DNA of 64,000 nucleotides from Candidatus Parcubacteria bacterium (lineage in GTDB: Bacteria; Patescibacteriota; Minisyncoccia; Phycocordibacterales; UBA12088): contig RFKD01000051.1 of the NCBI GenBank assembly GCA_003694545.1, positions 4,505 through 68,504 on the forward strand. The letters are read 5' to 3'. The position numbers and the translations under genes were made by a program. Below are positions 9,827 to 19,309 of the stretch, in pieces (the first letter of the stretch is position 1; each line of letters opens with the position of its first letter). The notes beneath the pieces were generated by a model that had not been told where the DNA came from, made no database searches, and saw only the letters and a list, made by a program, of their open reading frames with translations.

Positions 9827-10600
9827 ATGCGCCTCGTCTCATGGAATGTTAACGGTTTGCGCGCGGTGGTGCGCAAGGGGGCGTGGCGGCCGTTTCTCCA
9901 GCGTTTTGCCGAGGCTGATGTAATCGGCCTTCAGGAAATAAAAGCCACCCCTGATCAGCTCCCTCCAGAGGCGCGCGCTCCAGAAGGGTGGCGCGCCTAC
10001 TTTCACCCCGCGAGCGTTAAAAAAGGCTACAGCGGTGTTGCGCTTTACACCCGGCGGGAGCCTGATGAAGTGCGCTATGAAATGGGATTTACCGACGAAG
10101 AAGGCAGAATTCTTGGAGCTCGCTTTGGCGATCGTTGGGTATTTTCCGTCTACTTTCCCAACGGAGGAGGCGCGCCCGAGCGCTTTACCTACAAACTTGA
10201 TTTTTACGCCCGCGTGCGTGACGAAGCGGCGCGTTTGACGCAAAGCGGATTTTCCGTTGTGTTGATGGGGGACTTTAATGTCGCGCACCAGCCGATCGAT
10301 TTAGCCCGCCCCAAGGAAAACGAAGGAATGATTGGCTTTCACCCCAAGGAGCGTGCGTGGTTCTCTTCCCTTCTTGCGGCGGGATTCGTCGACTCGTTTC
10401 GCCACTTGTCTCCCGCCCAAGAAGGCGCCTATTCTTGGTGGGATCTTATTACCCGCGCTCGCGAGCGCAATGTGGGCTGGCGCATTGACTACATTGTCGT
10501 GCCGCGGCAAGACGCAGCGGGCATACAGGAGGCCCAAGTGGTGCAGGATGTGCTCGGCTCGGACCACTGCCCGGTCGCACTTACGCTTGATGAGGTATAA
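9827..10600 (+). CDS. xth: exodeoxyribonuclease III (AP endonuclease, ExoIII/APE1 family)
   Basis: MRLVSWNVNGLRA..., DVIGLQEIK, FPNGGG, VLMGDFNVAH, WRIDYIVV, GSDHCPVALTL: all ExoIII family motifs. Confidence 0.92.
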   Translation: MRLVSWNVNGLRAVVRKGAWRPFLQRFAEADVIGLQEIKATPDQLPPEARAPEGWRAYFHPASVKKGYSGVALYTRREPDEVRYEMGFTDEEGRILGARFGDRWVFSVYFPNGGGAPERFTYKLDFYARVRDEAARLTQSGFSVVLMGDFNVAHQPIDLARPKENEGMIGFHPKERAWFSSLLAAGFVDSFRHLSPAQEGAYSWWDLITRARERNVGWRIDYIVVPRQDAAGIQEAQVVQDVLGSDHCPVALTLDEV

Positions 10601-11464
10601 AGGACACAAAGAAAACATAAAAGACAGTTATCCACAGGTTTGTCCTTTACAACTATTCCCCGCAGGTGTAATATCTTCTTCGGATCATAAATTAAGAGTG
10701 TGTCGCCACCACATTCGTTTGTTCTTTCTGTTCTTTGCGGGATCGTTGGACCAAGGGCGAGTTGGAGAGAGGTTTCCCCCTTCTCAACTCAACAAGCTCG
10801 AAAAGGTAGCGATCCACGAGCGGCTTTCAGCCGCAAGAGCGCCTGCTGTCCATAGATGGAGCGGGGTCTGGGAGGTGAAAAAATCCCCTCGCCTTTTCAC
10901 CTTCGAGATCCCGCCCCATCACGGGCACATTGCAGGCGCTCTTTTGCGTTTTTTAGGGCAGATTATGCAATTTTTTCAATCCATTTTCCACCATTGATTT
11001 GTTTGTTCCTTGTTGAGAAAATATAGCAAATGTTTCTTAAGAAACAGCGATAATTTACCGAATTTTCGCGAAATATGTTTTCACGTGAAAACACCGGCGC
11101 CCATATGCACGCTCTACCCTTTGGGCCTTTCGGTGTACGGCGTTTTTTTTTGGAACCTCCAGCTAATGATGTTTAAAAGAAAGCAGCTAACTGGGTGTAT
11201 AGTTCTATTTTGGCTTTATTTTACAAGAAATTTTTTAAAATTTGAAAACTTTCACGATTCTGAGGAGGCTGTGTCTCTTCTCGACTGCATTTTTAATTGT
11301 TTTTTATATTTTGATATGGGATTTATCAGTAAATTTTTATATGGTTTCTTAAGAAACAACACTTTTGTTTTCACGTGAAAACTAAATGATAACGCAATAA
11401 AAAAGCGACTACCTACATTCCAAACCATCCCTGTTTCTTTTTGGCTTGCGTTTGGAAGTGCTCG

Positions 11465-12949
11465 CTACACCACGCCGTATTTTTTCAAAATCTCCTTTGT
11501 GGCGGCCTCTTCTGCCTCTTCTTTGGTTTTTTTGCCTTTTTCTCCAATCTGCCGCAGTTCTTCCTCTGGGAGAGCAAGGAGTTCTTGAGCTCGCGCGAGA
11601 AGGTACTCTCTGTTGTTTTTGGAAGGGTCTTCAAGTATCTCTTCGAGCAGAGCATGGAGCACCCAGCCAATCGCAGGCCCTGGTTTCACGTGAAAATGTT
11701 CCATAAGATTCGTCCCGTTGATAGCCAACATACTCACGGAAATCGGATCGCGCAGCGCCTGCTCCACCATTGCGGTGTATTTACGAAGCCGAAACGGCTG
11801 CTCTTTGGGTTTGCCGCTTCCAATGCGGTCGCACATACGCAGGTGGAGAAGATCCCAAATGTTTTCTTTTCCTACACGCTGGATGATGCGCCGAACGGCA
11901 GAGAGGGTAATTTTCTCGGGGTCAGCGAAAAACATATGCCAACGGACAAGCGCCACAACCTTATCCCGCAAGTCGTGGGGAAACTTTAGGCGGTCAAGCG
12001 CGCGTTTCGTGATCGCCGCCCCAACCACCTCATGGTTGTAGAATGTGTGGTCTCCCAAGGCCGGATCGTATGCTTTTGTGGCGGGTTTGCCGATGTCGTG
12101 GAGAAGGGCGGCAAGACGCACCGCAAGAGAAAAGTTTCGGTCGGCGGCATGCTGTACGGAGCGCACAAGATGCTCAAACACATCGTAAATATGGGAGCGG
12201 TTTTGCCCAACATCATAGGTTTCCTCAAGCTCGGGTAACACATAGCGCATAAGGCCGGTTTGGCGCAGCAACGCCATGCCAACTGCCGGGCTGGGGGAGG
12301 CAATAATGCGGATAAACTCATCACGAATTCGCTCGCGAGAAATGTGCTCAAGCAGGGGGGCGTTTTGCGCAATAGCAGTGAGCGTTTCCCCTTCAATGGC
12401 AAGGTTCAATTCAGCGGCAAGCCGAATGGCTCTCAACATCCTTAGTGCGTCTTCAGAAAACCGCTGATTTGGATCTCCTACCGCTCGGATAATTTCCCGG
12501 CGTAAGTCCTCCAATCCGCCAAAGGTATCTATTAAATTTTCACGTGAAATAGAGTACGCCATCGCGTTGATGGTGAAATCGCGCCGCGCGAGGTCTTCTT
12601 CAAGGGAATCCGTAAAAGACACCTCTAAAGGACGCCGAAAATCTGCGTAAGTCCCCTCTGTCCTATACGGCGTTACCTCCACCACTTCGGTGGCTGGGTT
12701 GCCGCTCTCTGTCACCACACCCACGGTTCCAAATTCGTTGTTGTAGTAGGTGTGAGGAAAAAGCCGCTGAATTTTTTCCGGCGTGGCGTTCGTGGTGATG
12801 TCCCAGTCTTTCGGCTCTTTCCCCAAGAGAAGATCCCGCACGCATCCCCCAACGAGGTAGGCTTCGTAACCAGCCTTTTCAAGAGCTTGGGCGACTTCTT
12901 TCACCTCTGGGGGTATGTTGGCAGGAGGAATGGTGGAGGCGGCACGCAT
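11465..12949 (-). CDS. cca: CCA tRNA nucleotidyltransferase / poly(A) polymerase family protein with HD domain
   Basis: GGCVRDLLLGKEPKDWDITTNATPEKI (Pol-beta-like NTase head), RDFTINAMAY, and an HD domain (LLHDIGKPAT). Confidence 0.88.
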   Translation of the reverse strand: MRAASTIPPANIPPEVKEVAQALEKAGYEAYLVGGCVRDLLLGKEPKDWDITTNATPEKIQRLFPHTYYNNEFGTVGVVTESGNPATEVVEVTPYRTEGTYADFRRPLEVSFTDSLEEDLARRDFTINAMAYSISRENLIDTFGGLEDLRREIIRAVGDPNQRFSEDALRMLRAIRLAAELNLAIEGETLTAIAQNAPLLEHISRERIRDEFIRIIASPSPAVGMALLRQTGLMRYVLPELEETYDVGQNRSHIYDVFEHLVRSVQHAADRNFSLAVRLAALLHDIGKPATKAYDPALGDHTFYNHEVVGAAITKRALDRLKFPHDLRDKVVALVRWHMFFADPEKITLSAVRRIIQRVGKENIWDLLHLRMCDRIGSGKPKEQPFRLRKYTAMVEQALRDPISVSMLAINGTNLMEHFHVKPGPAIGWVLHALLEEILEDPSKNNREYLLARAQELLALPEEELRQIGEKGKKTKEEAEEAATKEILKKYGVV

Positions 12950-13024
12950 ATTGCTATGCGTCTACCTTACCGCACCCTCAGTAAAAAACCAATGGTCCGA
13001 ACATTCTTATCGCGCTCCACGTTT

Positions 13025-13576
13025 CTAAGCGCTTTCGTTGTTGTCTGAGCCGCTGTCGGAAGAAGGGGGTATTATTGGACGAAAGGCGATGCTTTGGATT
13101 TCTGCATAAATGTTGTCCAGAGTAGCCAAGTCCTGTTCGAGAATTTGTCGAGTTTCTTGAACCCTTTTGAGGGAATTTTGATATTGATGCTTTTCCACAG
13201 AGTTGGGCGGCAGGGAATCTATCTGCTGTTGTATCGCGGTCTCTAACTTAACCAGAAACTCGTGATACTTTTGCCACTCCTGCTGAATGGGTTGGACTGT
13301 GCGCTGAAACACTGGCCAATCGATAGCATGCAGTTCGTTGAGTAGGTTTTGAATTCGAATAGTCAGGCTGATTTCGCGTTCTTTGAGTATTTGCCAAATT
13401 AGTTGTGCTCTTGTGTCTAAGATAGGAAGCTCTGCTACCTTATCAAGACGTAGGCGCACCTTAGTTAGATCCTGAAGCATCAGTTCCGCCACTTCGCGAG
13501 TTTTTCGCACATCTTCAGCGGTAAAGGCTACAGACACGGGCACTTCACCACCCTTTGGAGATTTTGGTTTTTCCAT
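13025..13576 (-). CDS. hypothetical protein (coiled-coil)
   Basis: ORF 13025..13768 trimmed to Met65 (MEKPKSPKGG; rc ATG at 13576), because the upstream extension is simply the reverse translation of tRNA-Arg. No recognisable domain. Confidence 0.4.
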   Translation of the reverse strand: MEKPKSPKGGEVPVSVAFTAEDVRKTREVAELMLQDLTKVRLRLDKVAELPILDTRAQLIWQILKEREISLTIRIQNLLNELHAIDWPVFQRTVQPIQQEWQKYHEFLVKLETAIQQQIDSLPPNSVEKHQYQNSLKRVQETRQILEQDLATLDNIYAEIQSIAFRPIIPPSSDSGSDNNESA

Positions 13577-13609
13577 CGCAAATATGATAGCATACTCCCG
13601 CGCCCGTAG

Positions 13610-13682
13610 CTCAATGGATAGAGCGTCTGGCTTCGGACCAGAAGGCTGGGGGTTCGAGTCCTCCCGGGCGCGCAAAACAAGG
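13610..13682 (+). tRNA. tRNA-Arg (anticodon TCG)
   Basis: GCGCCCG TA GCTC AATGGATA GAGC G TCTGG CTTCGGA CCAGA AGGCT GGGGG TTCGAGT CCTCC CGGGCGC G. Full cloverleaf with a 7-bp acceptor stem and a T-loop TTCGAGT. CCA is not encoded. Confidence 0.9.
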
Positions 13683-13693
13683 AGGCGAACGCG

Positions 13694-13714
13694 AAGCGTT
13701 CGCCGACTGTGTCT
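13694..13714. terminator. GC-rich hairpin just downstream of tRNA-Arg (GGCGAACGC-GAA-GCGTTCGCC)
   Basis: Perfect 9-bp stem with a 3-nt loop, 12 nt after the tRNA 3' end. There is no clear U-tract. Confidence 0.35.
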
Positions 13715-14039
13715 TTGCGCTGCCCGGGGGGCCTCGAACTGAGCGCGCCACGAAGTCGCCCCGCGCACGCGCGGGGCGGGCGCGCGAAGCCGGGGTCGCG
13801 AGTTCTTAGGGGACGCACGGAGCGAGAGGCACCACTTCTCTTTTGACGCATAACACTCCCAATCGTTTCATACACAAAGGAGACCCGGTGTCTCGTGGTG
13901 ATTCTGACACACCGCGGCGGTTTATTTGGAAGTGGTAAGAGCCCTCAGCCGCCCGGTAGGGTATCGACAAAACGCTTGTCGAGTTTGCTAAGATGAGGGG
14001 GTGGGTGAGTGAGATTAGCAGGGTAGTGTTTTTTGCGCT

Positions 14040-14669
14040 ATGACGCTTGGCTTTATTGCTTCTCCTGTTTTCGCGCATGGGTTGGCGGAAAAAGGAGGCG
14101 GCAGCGGGTGGGACTTCCTGTTTCGTCACAACCCGCCGTTTGAGACAGTAAGTGGAACGCTGATGGTGGGGGCACTGGTGATAGCGGTGGCTGTGGGTCT
14201 CTTCCTCTTTTGGCGGCAATGGAGGACGGGGCGGGCTTCTTGGGTACAGTACAGCGCGTGGGCTTACGCAGCGATGTTTTTCCTTACAACAGCACTCACC
14301 TACATCCCCGGCGTCTCGGACGCGGAGGGAAATTTTCTCGGTTTATTCCGGCTCGATCTTATTGATGACCTCCTGCATTTCGGTTCCGGGGTGTGGGCAA
14401 TGCTTGCTGCGTGGCATTCCACTCGCGCGTCGCTCGCCTACTTCCGCATCTTTGGAAGTCTGTACCTCCTTGACGCGGCGGTCGGATTGGTTACCCAACG
14501 GGGGATTCTCGATTTAGGCGTTTTTCTCGCCGAATATCCCAACCTTTCGGTGTGGGAAACAGTCGGAGCCAACCTGCCCCATATTCTGATTGGCGGCATT
14601 GCGGTGCTCATCGGCTTTGTTTGGGGGCGCAACACGCAAGGTCGCCCTAACGCAACGCGCGACGCGTAA
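14040..14669 (+). CDS. hypothetical integral membrane protein
   Basis: Several hydrophobic helices (LMVGALVIAVAVGLFLFW, AYAAMFFLTTALTYIPGV, ILIGGIAVLIGFVWG). No recognisable family. Confidence 0.5.
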   Translation: MTLGFIASPVFAHGLAEKGGGSGWDFLFRHNPPFETVSGTLMVGALVIAVAVGLFLFWRQWRTGRASWVQYSAWAYAAMFFLTTALTYIPGVSDAEGNFLGLFRLDLIDDLLHFGSGVWAMLAAWHSTRASLAYFRIFGSLYLLDAAVGLVTQRGILDLGVFLAEYPNLSVWETVGANLPHILIGGIAVLIGFVWGRNTQGRPNATRDA

Positions 14670-14671
14670 GC

Positions 14672-15871
14672 ATGTTTCGCGACCTTCTTCACCTTTTCCA
14701 AAAAGGGTGGGGGCGCTTACAAGAGCGTGTGGGTCGCTTTGCGGCGCGATGGCGGCGTGTTGGTGCGAGAAGGCGGCGATGGATCTGGTGGGGAACCGGA
14801 GTCCTTCTTTGCTTTTTGGCGTCGCCGTTGGTGAGCTTTTTTGTTGTGTGGGGCATTTGTCGACAGGAGGAAGTCCCCCCGATTGTTGCTCAAACGGACG
14901 CGAGTGGGGAATTTGCGCGCCGGGTTGCCCCCCGGCCGCTCCGGCCAGAGGCGGCAACCCTGCTTACCTTTCCCGAATGGTATATCGTGTATAACGCTCG
15001 TGAATACGCGGAATTTCTCGAGAACAATCCCCCGTCACGCTTCCCGTACGCTCGGGCAATAGGGGCGTATTGGCAATCCGTGTGCCGCACCACGGCGGCG
15101 ACACGCGAGACCTACCCCCTTTCCCAGCTTCGTGACGGATTGATCACGCTTCATGTGATAGGGCCAAGTTTCACGCTCGAAACTATCCTGAGTGGCGCGT
15201 ATGAAACGACGCTGGGGCGACTGGTTTTTTGGTTAGGAGGAAGTTATACCGAAGAAGATCAGATAGCGGGAGAGGTCGCGCGCGAGTACGCGGTCTTTTT
15301 GGAGTATACGCCATGGTACGAGTTTCCTTACATGCAGGCGCTTGCCCGCCTCTGGACGGAGGCATCGTGGTGGGGGCCCCATGTGGCACGGAAATGGGAG
15401 CGGAAGATCGCGTTATCACTTGGATACGGAGCGAAAGCGTTGTATGCTGGGGTTATGCGCTGGGTAACGCGAACAACCTATGGCGTGCAGGACCCCACAA
15501 CCTATGCGGTTATTGCGGCTCCAGAGCCGCCTTCAATCCCTCCTGAAGTTGAGGTGGTTGCCCGGAGCGATGACTATGTAGTGCTCCGGCTGCCGCGCTA
15601 TGCTGCCCTTGTTCCCGCCGTGGTGGCGTTGGCGCAGGAAGGGGCCACATTCCTTTCTCTTGAGGGCAATAACTCCATTGCGGCCTCGTTTCTCGTGCCA
15701 AAAGGGGAAGCGATTCCTCCCGCGTGGGGGCAGGAAGTGGTGCGACTTGCGGTTTTGTCACGCCCGGGGGTAGAGCGGGTGCTGGTTGTGTTGCCGGTGC
15801 GACGTTTGGCAGAGGTGTTGCGCGCGGCGCAGCACAGCCCCATGCAACTGGATCATGTGTATGACTACTAG
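14672..15871 (+). CDS. hypothetical membrane-anchored protein
   Basis: N-terminal Arg-rich segment followed by a TM helix (WWGTGVLLCFLASPLVSFFVVWGI), then a roughly 330-aa soluble domain. It is translationally coupled to neighbours at both ends. Confidence 0.5.
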   Translation: MFRDLLHLFQKGWGRLQERVGRFAARWRRVGARRRRWIWWGTGVLLCFLASPLVSFFVVWGICRQEEVPPIVAQTDASGEFARRVAPRPLRPEAATLLTFPEWYIVYNAREYAEFLENNPPSRFPYARAIGAYWQSVCRTTAATRETYPLSQLRDGLITLHVIGPSFTLETILSGAYETTLGRLVFWLGGSYTEEDQIAGEVAREYAVFLEYTPWYEFPYMQALARLWTEASWWGPHVARKWERKIALSLGYGAKALYAGVMRWVTRTTYGVQDPTTYAVIAAPEPPSIPPEVEVVARSDDYVVLRLPRYAALVPAVVALAQEGATFLSLEGNNSIAASFLVPKGEAIPPAWGQEVVRLAVLSRPGVERVLVVLPVRRLAEVLRAAQHSPMQLDHVYDY

Positions 15872-16943
15872 CCCGCTACCGCAGACACAATCACGATCGG
15901 GGCGCATCCGATTTCATTTTTTTGGACAGCGGTGGGGAAAGCGCCTCGGGAAGGCGGGCTTGGTTGCGCTTGTTTGTCTGATAGCGACTCTCTGGGGTTT
16001 TTGGGGTTGGAGCGTGGTGCGAGAACGCGAAGACCCCCACCGCAGCGCGCCCCCGTCAGGAGCGTTTGTGGAGAGCGACGACGGGGTGATGGTGTTTTAT
16101 CAGACTCGCGCAGAGCCGACGAACCCTGCCGTCCTTCTCTTGCATGGGACAGAGGTATGGAGTGCTTCGTGGGGCTTGCTGCTTGATGATCTTGCTGAGG
16201 AAGGTTTGTTTGTCGTCGCGCCGGACCTGCCCCCGTTTGGATTTTCCACCAAGCTGAAAGATCCCCACAGCTACACGCCCGAAGCGCAAGTACGCCGCAT
16301 TTACGCGCTTCTCACCCACCTTGGGGTGAGGCGGGTTCATCTTGTGGCACATTCAGCCGGAGCCCCAGTCGCACTCGCTTTCGCGCGCGCCTATCCCCAG
16401 CAGGCGCAATCGTTGACACTCATTGCGCCAGCGATCGGCTTGTTGCCCAACGATCCGTTCGTGGTTGATGAAACCGCACGCACATCTTCGCCGTTTCTCC
16501 GGGTGGTGTTTGGGTGGGATCAATTGCGCGATGTGCTTGTGGCTGCCGTGGGCACCAACCCTTGGCTCACGCGGCTTTTGTTCGCCCGGCTTGTAGCAGA
16601 CCCCGCGAGCATTACCGAGAAGGATATCGCGCTGGTACAACGGCAATTTACCCTTGCGCAGTTTACTCCCGCTTTTGCCAGCTGGTTGGAACAGCTCCTT
16701 CTCCTTCAGACCCCCGCGGATAACGCGCTCCTTGATTATCTTGACGCGACTGGCATTCCCATTCTTTTCGTATGGGGAACCAAAGACCCGTTAACGCCAT
16801 TTGCTCAGGCTTTGTGGTTGCGCGAGCGCCTGTCGCGTGCGACACTGGTGACGATACCGGATGTGGGGCACATTCCCCAGCTGGAGGCGTATGCGCAAGT
16901 GCGGGATGCGGTGGCGCAATTTGTGCGCAAGCAAGCTTCCTAA
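15861..16943 (+). CDS. alpha/beta-fold hydrolase
   Basis: LLLHGTEVWSASW (HG oxyanion region), the nucleophile elbow HLVAHSAGA (GxSxG variant) and a C-terminal DVGHIPQLE motif. The ATG at 15861 overlaps the upstream stop (ATGACTACTAG). Confidence 0.75.
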   Translation: MTTSPLPQTQSRSGRIRFHFFGQRWGKRLGKAGLVALVCLIATLWGFWGWSVVREREDPHRSAPPSGAFVESDDGVMVFYQTRAEPTNPAVLLLHGTEVWSASWGLLLDDLAEEGLFVVAPDLPPFGFSTKLKDPHSYTPEAQVRRIYALLTHLGVRRVHLVAHSAGAPVALAFARAYPQQAQSLTLIAPAIGLLPNDPFVVDETARTSSPFLRVVFGWDQLRDVLVAAVGTNPWLTRLLFARLVADPASITEKDIALVQRQFTLAQFTPAFASWLEQLLLLQTPADNALLDYLDATGIPILFVWGTKDPLTPFAQALWLRERLSRATLVTIPDVGHIPQLEAYAQVRDAVAQFVRKQAS

Positions 16944-16961
16944 TCGCGGTTCTTCACCGGT

Positions 16962-18671
16962 ATGACGCGGCTCAAGGAGCCTCGGTTGTTTCGAAGGGTT
17001 TTGCGGATGCGGGGAATTCGCAAACCCGCCGTTCTTGCCTCTGTCGTGTTGCTTGCCGCAAGCGTTTTTGCGGGAAAGCGCATTGCAGAGCTCGCTACTG
17101 ATCCCCGTGGCGAAAAAACCTGTCCGCCTCTTTTTCCGGAATGGCTCGAAGGAGACGAAAGTCGCATTATTTTCGCTCCGCACCCCGCGACGCTCCCATG
17201 GCGCCAAATCAGGGGATACATTGATGACGCCAGTTGCCTCGATCGAACGGCGGTTTATGGCATTGTTGCCGTTCGTACCGAAGAGGATATCCGCAACGCG
17301 CTGGCTTTCGCCCGGGAGCATAACCTCAAAGTGTCGCTGGCGGGTGTGCGTCACTCTATGGGCGGGCACGCGTTTGCTCGCGGCGCGCTCGTTCTTGATA
17401 TGCGAGGCTACAACCAAATGCGACTCGATGAAGAACGCAAAATTCTCACGGTCCAGAGCGGTGCCACATGGCACGACATCCAAAACTTCCTCCATCCGCG
17501 TTTCGCTGTGCGCGCGATGCAGTCGAGCGATATTTTTACGGTTGGGGGTTCTCTTGCCGTTAACGCGCACGGAATGGATCATCGCGTGGGGTCGCTTGCA
17601 AACACCCTCAAGTCCTTCCGGCTGATGTTGCCGGATGGGTCTGTCGTGCGGGTGAGTCGAACCGAAAACGCCGAGCTCTTTCCGCTGGTGGTGGGTGGAT
17701 ACGGGTTGTTTGGGGTTGTGCTTGACGCTGAGATAGAAGTCACGGAAAATCCCGTGCTCGAGTCACGCCGCGAACTTATTGATTACCAACAATTTCCACG
17801 AGTGTTTCAGGAGCGCATTGAGCCGGATCCCAGCATAGAGCTCTTTTACGGGCACCTTTCCACCGCTCCCGGCAAGACCTTCTTGCGCGAGCTGCTGCTG
17901 TACACCTATGTGCGGAAAGCCGATGCGGAGAATCTGACAATTCCGCCCTTAGAGGAAGTGCGCGGGGTAAAACTACGCCGTTTCATTTTCAACCTTGCCA
18001 AGCAGGGGGCGATCCCTATGAAGCTTAAATGGTGGGCAGAAAAGCGCGTTGAGCCGCTTTTTGAAAGCTGCGCGGTTTCGCGCAATCAGGCAATGGCTTC
18101 GGGCGAGGCGTGCCTTGTCTCGCGCAATGAGCCTATGCACGATTCTGTGCCGTACTTGCGCAACAACCTTCGCAACGAAACGGATATTTTGCAGGAATAC
18201 TACATTCCTCGCGGCGAATTTGTGGGGTTTGTGGACGATGTGCGCCGCGTGTTGGAGCGGTACCCCACCATTCGTCTTCTCAACGCTTCCGTGCGAGTTG
18301 TGCACGCGGAGCGGGACATCCTGCTGAATTACTCTCCGCAAGAATCGTTTGCCATTGTTCTGTATCTCAACCAACCGACAACCCCCGAAGGGAACGCCAT
18401 TATGCGCTCGCTCACCCAAGAACTTATCGATGCGGTCCATAAGCACGGGGGAAAGTTTTTCCTTCCTTACCAACCTCACTACACCACAGAGCAGCTTCTC
18501 ACCTCCTACCCGAACCTATGGGAGTTTCTTGCTGCCAAGCTCCACTACGACCCGCACGAGGTGCTGGAAAGCAACTTCTACCGCATGCTCAAAGAACGGC
18601 TTCAGGCGCTGGGAGTATGGCCTCTCCAACCAACCGAGGATAACAACGCCACAACCGCGCGCACGACATAA
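16962..18671 (+). CDS. FAD-binding (PCMH-type, FAD_binding_4) oxidoreductase with N-terminal TM anchor
   Basis: AVYGIVAVRTEEDIRNALAFAREHNLKVSLAGVRHSMGGHAF...LDMRGYNQM is a typical FAD-linked oxidase N-domain. The C-terminal region is lactone-oxidase-like. Confidence 0.7.
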   Translation: MTRLKEPRLFRRVLRMRGIRKPAVLASVVLLAASVFAGKRIAELATDPRGEKTCPPLFPEWLEGDESRIIFAPHPATLPWRQIRGYIDDASCLDRTAVYGIVAVRTEEDIRNALAFAREHNLKVSLAGVRHSMGGHAFARGALVLDMRGYNQMRLDEERKILTVQSGATWHDIQNFLHPRFAVRAMQSSDIFTVGGSLAVNAHGMDHRVGSLANTLKSFRLMLPDGSVVRVSRTENAELFPLVVGGYGLFGVVLDAEIEVTENPVLESRRELIDYQQFPRVFQERIEPDPSIELFYGHLSTAPGKTFLRELLLYTYVRKADAENLTIPPLEEVRGVKLRRFIFNLAKQGAIPMKLKWWAEKRVEPLFESCAVSRNQAMASGEACLVSRNEPMHDSVPYLRNNLRNETDILQEYYIPRGEFVGFVDDVRRVLERYPTIRLLNASVRVVHAERDILLNYSPQESFAIVLYLNQPTTPEGNAIMRSLTQELIDAVHKHGGKFFLPYQPHYTTEQLLTSYPNLWEFLAAKLHYDPHEVLESNFYRMLKERLQALGVWPLQPTEDNNATTARTT

Positions 18672-18674
18672 GGT

Positions 18675-19259
18675 ATGAGAGGGAAACTGCTCGTTTTTGG
18701 GCTCTACAGCGCCGGAATTGCTGTGGTGCTGGTTTTTGGTTGGGTTGCGACGTTTTCGTCGGGTGAGGAGAGCGAAGCGCCCACACCAACCTCCTCCCCC
18801 TTACTGATTCCTACCGCACCACTACCGCCCCTTCTCGCGGCGCATCCGGCGCTCACCATTCCGCTCACCACGCTCGAAGACACACCAACTGCCCTGCAAC
18901 GATGGGGGCGGGGAACCGTAGTAGTGTTACTATGGGCGAGCTGGTGTGAGGTGTGTGTGGGGGAACTGGATGAACTGGCGCAAGCTGCCGCGCAGATGAG
19001 CCCGCGTGTCACCTTTGTTGTCGTCAACCGGGCGGAACCACTTGAAACCACAAAAGAAGTAAAACAGAAAATCGAGCTTGCGCAAAAGGGCAGAACGGAA
19101 AATCTCGTCTTTCTTTCAGACCCTCGCGACGCGCTGTTTGGGAGCTTCCAAGGAAGGGGGATGCCGCTTATTGTTGTGTTGCGTGACGGAAAAGAAGTGG
19201 CGCGCTTTGAGCGCTTCGCTGACGAAGAGGAAATACGCGCTGTTGTTGGTGCGCTGTGA
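18675..19259 (+). CDS. TlpA/redoxin-like thiol:disulfide oxidoreductase (thioredoxin fold, CxxC)
   Basis: N-terminal TM helix, then VVLLWASWCEVCVGELDEL (WCxxC active site) and the GMPLIVVLRDGKEV C-terminal motif. Confidence 0.75.
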   Translation: MRGKLLVFGLYSAGIAVVLVFGWVATFSSGEESEAPTPTSSPLLIPTAPLPPLLAAHPALTIPLTTLEDTPTALQRWGRGTVVVLLWASWCEVCVGELDELAQAAAQMSPRVTFVVVNRAEPLETTKEVKQKIELAQKGRTENLVFLSDPRDALFGSFQGRGMPLIVVLRDGKEVARFERFADEEEIRAVVGAL

Positions 19260-19309
19260 GCAACAGGAGGCCCCCCAAGCAAATCTAGCGGGCTGTTTCG
19301 GGTTTCACC

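Noticed and set aside
10628-10636. Single perfect DnaA box as an oriC call
   Set aside because: One 9-mer match is within chance expectation over 128 kb of two-strand sequence, and no dnaA or dnaN is nearby. It is kept only as part of the broader spacer finding.
10332-10997. 221-aa plus-strand ORF starting inside xth
   Set aside because: It overlaps the xth 3' half in another frame and continues into non-coding spacer; no homology.
11010-11378. 122-aa ORF in the AT-rich convergent spacer
   Set aside because: Low-complexity Phe/Leu/Asn-rich translation of AT-rich DNA that spans the palindrome modules; no start context.
13577-13768. N-terminal extension of ORF 13025..13768
   Set aside because: The extension is the reverse-complement translation of tRNA-Arg (13610-13682); the start was trimmed to Met65.
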